Part shown: piece by piece, positions 54,601 to 64,000 of the stretch | Numbering within the stretch: the stretch's first letter is position 1 | How the letters are laid out: every line of letters starts with the position of its first letter | NCBI GenBank assembly: GCA_964057225.1 | Contig: OZ059897.1 | Coordinates: forward strand, 20,832,001 to 20,896,000 | From: Auanema rhodensis | Lineage: Eukaryota; Animalia; Nematoda | DNA length: 64,000 bases | Direction of reading: 5' to 3' | The notes under the pieces: model-generated | Databases searched by the model: none | What the model saw: the letters and a program-made list of their open reading frames with translations, nothing else | What the model was told of the DNA's origin: nothing | Program-made: the position numbers and the translations under genes

Positions 54601-57600
54601 AAAAACGCTTAATACAAAAATTAGTTATGATCGTTTGAAAAATGATGCATTAGTGTATGTTGAGTTTCCATGTACACTCAACATTGCTTCCAAAAACATT
54701 TTGACAAAAATTTTTTCGAAAAATTTCAAAATAATTTAGCGAAAAGTAGATGTTTTTAGATTCGATTTTTCAAGGCAAAGACGATGGACAATGTTATTCA
54801 ACGAAAAAATTAATTCTTCAGGGTGAAAATCGAGGATATAAGTGTGAACTTATATCAGTTGATATCTCGGTGCATTTTTAAGCTAGCGCAATTCTGATAA
54901 CACAGATCGACGCAGCTTAAAAATCCGCATCGAATGCACTATACTACATTGAGAAAAGCTTAATACAAAAATTAGTTATGATCGTTTGAAAAATGATGCA
55001 TTAGTGTATGTTGAGTTTCCATGTACACTCAACATTGCTTCCAAAAACATTTTGACAAAAATTTTTTCGAAAAATTTCAAAATAATTTAGCAAAAAGTAG
55101 ATGTTTTTAGATTCCATTTTTCAAGGCAAAGACGATGGACAATGTTATTCAACGAAAAAATTAATTCTTCAGGGTGAAAATCGAGGATATAAGTGTGAAC
55201 TTATATCAGTTGATATCTCGGTGCATTTTTAAGCTAGCGCAAATCTGATAACACAGATCGACGCAGCTTAAAAATCCGCATCGAATGCACTATACTACAT
55301 TGAAAAACGCTTAATACAAAAATTAGTTATGATCGTTTGAAAAATGATGCATTAGTGTATGTTGAGTTTCCATGTACACTCAACATTGCTTCCAAAAACA
55401 TTTTGACAAAAATTTTTTCGAAAAATTTCAAAATAATTTAGCAAAAAGTAGATGTTTTTAGATTCGATTTTTCAAGGCAAAGACGATGGACAATGTTATT
55501 CAACGAAAAAATTAATTCTTCAGGGTGAAAATCGAGGATATAAGTGTGAACTTATATCAGTTGATATCTCGGTGCATTTTTAAGCTAGCGCAAATCTGAT
55601 AACACAGATCGACGCAGCTTAAAAATCCGCATCGAATGCACTATACTACATTGAGAAACGCTTGATACAAAAATTAGTTATGATCGTTTGAAAAATGATG
55701 CATTAGTGTATGTTGAGTTTCCATGTACACTCAACATTGCTTCCAAAAACATTTTGACAAAAATTTTTTCGAAAAATTTCAAAATAATTTAGCAAAAAGT
55801 AGATGTTTTTAGATTCCTTTTTTCAAGGCAAAGACGATGGACAATGTTATTCAACGAAAAAATTATTTCTTCAGGGTGAAAATCGAGGATATAAGTGTGA
55901 ACTTATATCAGTTGATATCTCGGTGCATTTTTAAGCTAGCGCAAATCTGATAACACAGATCGACGCAGCTTAAAAATCCGCATCGAATGCACTATACTAC
56001 ATTGAGAAACGCTTGATACAAAAATTAGTTATGATCGTTTGAAAAATGATGCATTAGTGTATGTTGAGTTTCCATGTACACTCAACATTGCTTCCAAAAA
56101 CATTTTGACAAAAATTTTTTCGAAAAATTTCAAAATAATTTAGCAAAAAGTAGATGTTTTTAGATTCCATTTTTCAAGGCAAAGACGATGGACAATGTTA
56201 TTCAACGAAAAAATATTTTCTTCAGGGTGAAAATCGAGGATATAAGTGTGAACTTATATCAGTTGATATCTCGGTGCATTTTCAAGCTAGCGCAAATCTG
56301 ATAACACAGATCGACGCAGCTTAAAAATCCGCATCGAATGCACTATACTACATTGAGAAAAGCTTAATACAAAAATTAGTTATGATCGTTTGAAAAATGA
56401 TGCATTAGTGTATGTTGAGTTTCCATGTACACTCAACATTGCTTCCAAAAACATTTTGACAAAAATTTTTTCGAAAAATTTCAAAATAATTTAGCAAAAA
56501 GTAGATGTTTTTAGATTCCATTTTTCAAGGCAAAGACGATGGACAATGTTATTCAACGAAAAAATTAATTCTTCAGGGTGAAAATCGAGGATATAAGTGT
56601 GAACTTATATCAGTTGATATCTCGGTGCATTTTTAAGCTAGCGCAAATCTGATAACACAGATCGACGCAGCTTAAAAATCCGCATCGAATGCACTATACT
56701 ACATTGAAAAACGCTTAATACAAAAATTAGTTATGATCGTTTGAAAAATGATGCATTAGTGTATGTTGAGTTTCCATGTACACTCAACATTGCTTCCAAA
56801 AACATTTTGACAAAAATTTTTTCGAAAAATTTCAAAATAATTTAGCAAAAAGTAGATGTTTTTAGATTCGATTTTTCAAGGCAAAGACGATGGACAATGT
56901 TATTCAACGAAAAAATTAATTCTTCAGGGTGAAAATCGAGGATATAAGTGTGAACTTATATCAGTTGATATCTCGGTGCATTTTTAAGCTAGCGCAAATC
57001 TGATAACACAGATCGACGCAGCTTAAAAATCCGCATCGAATGCACTATACTACATTGAGAAACGCTTGATACAAAAATTAGTTATGATCGTTTGAAAAAT
57101 GATGCATTAGTGTATGTTGAGTTTCCATGTACACTCAACATTGCTTCCAAAAACATTTTGACAAAAATTTTTTCGAAAAATTTCAAAATAATTTAGCAAA
57201 AAGTAGATGTTTTTAGATTCCTTTTTTCAAGGCAAAGACGATGGACAATGTTATTCAACGAAAAAATTATTTCTTCAGGGTGAAAATCGAGGATATAAGT
57301 GTGAACTTATATCAGTTGATATCTCGGTGCATTTTTAAGCTAGCGCAAATCTGATAACACAGATCGACGCAGCTTAAAAATCCGCATCGAATGCACTATA
57401 TTACATTGAAAAACGCTTAATACAAGAATTAGTTATGATCGTTTGAAAAATGATGCATTAGTGTATGTTGAGTTTCCATGTACACTCAACATTGCTTCCA
57501 AAAACATTTTGACAAAAATTTTTTCGAAAAATTTCAAAATAATTTAGCAAAAAGTAGATGTTTTTAGATTCCTTTTTTCAAGGCAAAGACGATGGACAAT

Positions 57601-60600
57601 GTTATTCAACGAGAAAATTAATTCTTCAGGGTGAAAATCGAGGATATAAGTGTGAACTTATATCAGTTGATATCTCGGTGCATTTTTAAGCTAGCGCAAA
57701 TCTGATAACACAGATCGACGCAGCTTAAAAATCCGCATCGAATGCACTATACTACATTGAAAAACGCTTAATACAAAAATTAGTTATGATCGTTTGAAAA
57801 ATGATGCATTAGTGTATGTTGAGTTTCCATGTACACTCAACATTGCTTCCAAAAACATTTTGACAAAAATTTTTTCGAAAAATTTCAAAATAATTTAGCG
57901 AAAAGTAGATGTTTTTAGATTCGATTTTTCAAGGCAAAGACGATGGACAATGTTATTCAACGAAAAAATTAATTCTTCAGGGTGAAAATCGAGGATATAA
58001 GTGTGAACTTATATCAGTTGATATCTCGGTGCATTTTCAAGCTAGCGCAAATTTGATAACACAGATCGACGCAGCTTAAAAATCCGCATCGAATGCACTA
58101 TACTACATTGAGAAAAGCTTAATACAAAAATTAGTTATGATCGTTTGAAAAATGATGCATTAGTGTATGTTGAGTTTCCATATACACTCAACATTGCTTC
58201 CAAAAACATTTTGACAAAAATTTTTTCGAAAAATTTCAAAATAATTTAGCAAAAAGTAGATGTTTTTAGATTCCATTTTTCAAGGCAAAGACGATGGACA
58301 ATGTTATTCAACGAAAAAATTAATTCTTCAGGGTGAAAATCGAGGATATAAGTGTGAACTTATATCAGTTGATATCTCGGTGCATTTTCAAGCTAGCGCA
58401 AATCTGATAACACAGATCGACGCAGCTTAAAAATCCGCATCGAATGCACTATACTACATTGAGAAAAGCTTAATACAAAAATTAGTTATGATCGTTTGAA
58501 AAATGATGCATTAGTGTATGTTGAGTTTCCATGTACACTCAACATTGCTTCCAAAAACATTTTGACAAAAATTTTTTCGAAAAATTTCAAAATAATTTAG
58601 CAAAAAGTAGATGTTTTTAGATTCCATTTTTCAAGGCAAAGACGATGGACAATGTTATTCAACGAAAAAATTAATTCTTCAGGGTGAAAATCGAGGATAT
58701 AAGTGTGAACTTATATCAGTTGATATCTCGGTGCATTTTTAAGCTAGCGCAAATCTGATAACACAGATCGACGCAGCTTAAAAATCCGCATCGAATGCAC
58801 TATACTACATTGAAAAACGCTTAATACAAAAATTAGTTATGATCGTTTGAAAAATGATGCATTAGTGTATGTTGAGTTTCCATGTACACTCAACATTGCT
58901 TCCAAAAACATTTTGACAAAAATTTTTTCGAAAAATTTCAAAATAATTTAGCAAAAAGTAGATGTTTTTAGATTCGATTTTTCAAGGCAAAGACGATGGA
59001 CAATGTTATTCAACGAAAAAATTAATTCTTCAGGGTGAAAATCGAGGATATAAGTGTGAACTTATATCAGTTGATATCTCGGTGCATTTTTAAGCTAGCG
59101 CAAATCTGATAACACAGATCGACGCAGCTTAAAAATCCGCATCGAATGCACTATACTACATTGAAAAACGCTTAATACAAAAATTAGTTATGATCGTTTG
59201 AAAAATGATGCATTAGTGTATGTTGAGTTTCCATGTACACTCAACATTGCTTCCAAAAACATTTTGACAAAAATTTTTTCGAAAAATTTCAAAATAATTT
59301 AGCAAAAAGTAGATGTTTTTAGATTCGATTTTTCAAGGCAAAGACGATGGACAATGTTATTCAACGAAAAAATTAATTCTTCAGGGTGAAAATCGAGGAT
59401 ATAAGTGTGAACTTATATCAGTTGATATCTCGGTGCATTTTTAAGCTAGCGCAAATCTGATAACACAGATCGACGCAGCTTAAAAATCCGCATCGAATGC
59501 ACTATACTACATTGAGAAACGCTTGATACAAAAATTAGTTATGATCGTTTGAAAAATGATGCATTAGTGTATGTTGAGTTTCCATGTACACTCAACATTG
59601 CTTCCAAAAACATTTTGACAAAAAGTTTTTCGAAAAATTTCAAAATAATTTAGCAAAAAGTAGATGTTTTTAGATTCCTTTTTTCAAGGCAAAGACGATG
59701 GACAATGTTATTCAACGAAAAAATTATTTCTTCAGGGTGAAAATCGAGGATATAAGTGTGAACTTATATCAGTTGATATCTCGGTGCATTTTTAAGCTAG
59801 CGCAAATCTGATAACACAGATCGACGCAGCTTAAAAATCCGCATCGAATGCACTATATTACATTGAAAAACGCTTAATACAAGAATTAGTTATGATCGTT
59901 TGAAAAATGATGCATTAGTGTATGTTGAGTTTCCATGTACACTCAACATTGCTTCCAAAAACATTTTGACAAAAATTTTTTCGAAAAATTTCAAAATAAT
60001 TTAGCAAAAAGTAGATGTTTTTAGATTCCTTTTTTCAAGGCAAAGACGATGGACAATGTTATTCAACGAGAAAATTAATTCTTCAGGGTGAAAATCGAGG
60101 ATATAAGTGTGAACTTATATCAGTTGATATCTCGGTGCATTTTTAAGCTAGCGCAAATCTGATAACACAGATCGACGCAGCTTAAAAATCCGCATCGAAT
60201 GCACTATACTACATTGAGAAAAGCTTAATACAAAAATTAGTTATGATCGTTAGAAAAATGATGCATTAGTGTATGTTGAGTTTCCATGTACACTCAACAT
60301 TGCTTCCAAAAACATTTTGACAAAAATTTTTTCGAAAAATTTCAAAATAATTTACCAAAAAGTAGATGTTTTTAGATTCCATTTTTCAAGGCAAAGACGA
60401 TAGACAATGTTATTCAACGAAAAAGTTAATTCTTCAGGGTGAAAATCGAGGATATAAGTGTGAACTTATATCAGTTGATATCTCGGTGCATTTTTAAGCT
60501 AGCGCAAATCTGATAACACAGATCGACGCAGCTTAAAAATCCGCATCGAATGCACTATATTACATTGAGAAACACTTGATACAAAAATTAGTTATGATCG

Positions 60601-63600
60601 TTTGAAAAATGATGCATTAGTGTATGTTGAGTTTCCATGTACACTCAACATTGCTTCCAAAAACATTTTGACAAAAATTTTTTCGAAAAATTTCAAAATA
60701 ATTTACCAAAAAGTAGATGTTTTTAGATTCCATTTTTCAAGGCAAAGACGATAGACAATGTTATTCAACGAAAAAGTTAATTCTTCAGGGTGAAAATCGA
60801 GGATATAAGTGTGAACTTATATCAGTTGATATCTCGGTGCATTTTTAAGCTAGCGCAAATCTGATAACACAGATCGACGCAGCTTAAAAATCCGCATCGA
60901 ATGCACTATATTACATTGAGAAACACTTGATACAAAAATTAGTTATGATCGTTTGAAAAATGATGCATTAGTGTATGTTGAGTTTCCATGTACACTCAAC
61001 ATTGCTTCCAAAAACATTTTGACAAAAATTTTTTCGAAAAATTTCAAAATAATTTAGCAAAAAGTAGATGTTTTTAGATTCGATTTTTCAAGGCAAAGAC
61101 GATGGACAATGTTATTCAACGAAAAAATTAATTCTTCAGGGTGAAAATCGAGGATATAAGTGTGAACTTATATCAGTTGATATCTCGGTGCATTTTTAAG
61201 CTAGCGCAAATCTGATAACACAGATCGACGCAGCTTAAAAATCCGCATCTAATGCACTATACTACATTGAGAAAAGCTTAATACAAAAATTAGTTATGAT
61301 CGTTTGAAAAATGATGCATTAGTGTATGTTGAGTTTCCATGTACACTCAACATTGCTTCCAAAAACATTTTGACAAAAATTTTTTCGAAAAATTTCAAAA
61401 TAATTTAGCAAAAAATAGATGTTTTTAGATTCGATTTTTCAAGGCAAAGACGATGGACAATGTTATTCAACGAAAAAATTATTTCTTCAGGGTGAAAATC
61501 GAGGATATAAGTGTGAACTTATATCAGTTGATATCTCGGTGCATTTTTAAGCTAGCGCAAATCTGATAACACAGATCGACGCAGCTTAAAAATCCGCATC
61601 GAATGCACTATATTACATTGAAAAACGCTTAATACAAGAATTAGTTATGATCGTTTGAAAAATGATGCATTAGTGTATGTTGAGTTTCCATGTACACTCA
61701 ACATTGCTTCCAAAAACATTTTGACAAAAATTTTTTCGAAAAATTTCAAAATAATTTACCAAAAAGTAGATGTTTTTAGATTCCATTTTTCAAGGCAAAG
61801 ACGATAGACAATGTTATTCAACGAAAAAGTTAATTCTTCAGGGTGAAAATCGAGGATATAAGTGTGAACTTATATCAGTTGATATCTCGGTGCATTTTTA
61901 AGCTAGCGCAAATCTGATAACACAGATCGACGCAGCTTAAAAATCCGCATCGAATGCACTATATTACATTGAGAAACACTTAATACAAAAATTAGTTATG
62001 ATCGTTTGAAAAATGATGCATTAGTGTATGTTGAGTTTCCATGTACACTCAACATTGCTTCCAAAAACATTTTGACAAAAATTTTTTCGAAAAATTTCAA
62101 AATAATTTAGCAAAAAGTAGATGTTTTTAGATTCCTTTTTTCAAGGCAAAGACGATGGACAATGTTATTCAACGAAAAAATTATTTCTTCAGGGTGAAAA
62201 TCGAGGATATAAGTGTGAACTTATATCAGTTGATATCTCGGTGCATTTTTAAGCTAGCGCAAATCTGATAACACAGATCGACGCAGCTTAAAAATCCGCA
62301 TCAAATGCACTATATTACATTGAAAAACGCTTAATACAAAAATTAGTTATGATCGTTTGAAAAATGATGCATTAGTGTATGTTGAGTTTCCATGTACACT
62401 CAACATTGCTTCCAAAAACATTTTGACAAAAATTTTTTCGAAAAATTTCAAAATAATTTAGCAAAAAGTAGATGTTTTTAGATTCCATTTTTCAAGGCAA
62501 AGACGATGGACAATGTTATTCAACGAAAAAATTAATTCTTCAGGGTGAAAATCGAGGATATAAGTGTGAACTTATATCAGTTGATATCTCGGTGCATTTT
62601 TAAGCTAGCGCAAATCTGATAACACAGATCGACGCAGCTTAAAAATCCGCATCGAATGCACTATACTACATTGAGAAACGCTTGATACAAAAATTAGTTA
62701 TGATCGTTTGAAAAATGATGCATTAGTGTATGTTGAGTTTCCATGTACACTCAACATTGCTTCCAAAAACATTTTGACAAAAATTTTTTCGAAAAATTTC
62801 AAAATAATTTAGCAAAAAGTAGATGTTTTTAGATTCCTTTTTTCAAGGCAAAGACGATGGACAATGTTATTCAACGAAAAAATTATTTCTTCAGGGTGAA
62901 AATCGAGGATATAAGTGTGAACTTATATCAGTTGATATCTCGGTGCATTTTTAAGCTAGCGCAAATCTGATAACACAGATCGACGCAGCTTAAAAATCCG
63001 CATCGAATGCACTATATTACATTGAAAAACGCTTAATACAAGAATTAGTTATGATCGTTTGAAAAATGATGCATTAGTGTATGTTGAGTTTCCATGTACA
63101 CTCAACATTGCTTCCAAAAACATTTTGACAAAAATTTTTTCGAAAAATTTCAAAATAATTTAGCAAAAAGTAGATGTTTTTAGATTCCTTTTTTCAAGGC
63201 AAAGACGATGGACAATGTTATTCAACGAGAAAATTAATTCTTCAGGGTGAAAATCGAGGATATAAGTGTGAACTTATATCAGTTGATATCTCGGTGCATT
63301 TTTAAGCTAGCGCAAATCTGATAACACAGATCGACGCAGCTTAAAAATCCGCATCGAATGCACTATACTACATTGAGAAAAGCTTAATACAAAAATTAGT
63401 TATGATCGTTAGAAAAATGATGCATTAGTGTATGTTGAGTTTCCATGTACACTCAACATTGCTTCCAAAAACATTTTGACAAAAATTTTTTCGAAAAATT
63501 TCTAAATAATTTACCAAAAAGTAGATGTTTTTAGATTCCATTTTTCAAGGCAAAGACGATAGACAATGTTATTCAACGAAAAAGTTAATTCTTCAGGGTG

Positions 63601-64000
63601 AAAATCGAGGATATAAGTGTGAACTTATATCAGTTGATATCTCGGTGCATTTTTAAGCTAGCGCAAATCTGATAACACAGATCGACGCAGCTTAAAAATC
63701 CGCATCGAATGCACTATATTACATTGAGAAACACTTGATACAAAAATTAGTTATGATCGTTTGAAAAATGATGCATTAGTGTATGTTGAGTTTCCATGTA
63801 CACTCAACATTGCTTCCAAAAACATTTTGACAAAAATTTTTTCGAAAAATTTCAAAATAATTTAGCAAAAAGTAGATGTTTTTAGATTCCTTTTTTCAAG
63901 GCAAAGACGATGGACAATGTTATTCAACGAGAAAATTAATTCTTCAGGGTGAAAATCGAGGATATAAGTGTGAACTTATATCAGTTGATATCTCGGTGCA

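Larger units (their letters stand above)
1..64000. repeat. Tandem satellite DNA array, 351-bp monomer, about 182.4 copies, single orientation, near-identical units
   Basis: AA(A/G)TAGATGTTTTTAGATTC recurs at 1, 352, 703 ... 7021 (20x351). The last unit starts at 63870 = 1+182x351-13, matching 14 observed 1-bp deletions and 1 insertion. Units differ by only about 0-10 substitutions. The array runs off both window ends. Confidence 0.99.

Noticed and set aside
1-64000. CRISPR array or other repeat-spacer/variable-cassette system
   Set aside because: There are no unique spacers. Variable positions are isolated SNPs in otherwise identical units, and no associated genes are present.

Overview
The whole 64 kb window is one uninterrupted, head-to-tail tandem array of an AT-rich satellite monomer (about 31% GC by hand count). 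The monomer is 351 bp, giving 182 full copies plus a 131 bp partial copy. Fourteen monomers carry a 1-bp deletion and one carries a 1-bp insertion, which accounts exactly for the 13 bp phase drift at the window end. I saw no genes, RNA genes, transposon insertions or inversions. The three ORFs in the track are chance stop-codon losses in single monomers. This looks like eukaryotic centromeric, pericentromeric or heterochromatic satellite DNA. I cannot name the family or organism; the lack of CpG depletion hints at an invertebrate with little DNA methylation. Three things stand out. (i) The monomer is a chain of inverted repeats, including a 67-nt/26-bp hairpin and a perfect 9-bp stem with a GTGA (GNRA-type) loop, in the least variable part of the unit. 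(ii) Two recurrent variants, confined to opposite ends of the array, alter the two partners of the same base pair in the long hairpin. (iii) Diagnostic SNPs reveal variant domains, local 2-, 3-, 4- and 5-mer duplications, dispersed block copies and chimeric monomers. I found no protein-coding or CRISPR-like novel system. Monomer coordinates below (m1-m351) equal window coordinates in the first copy.
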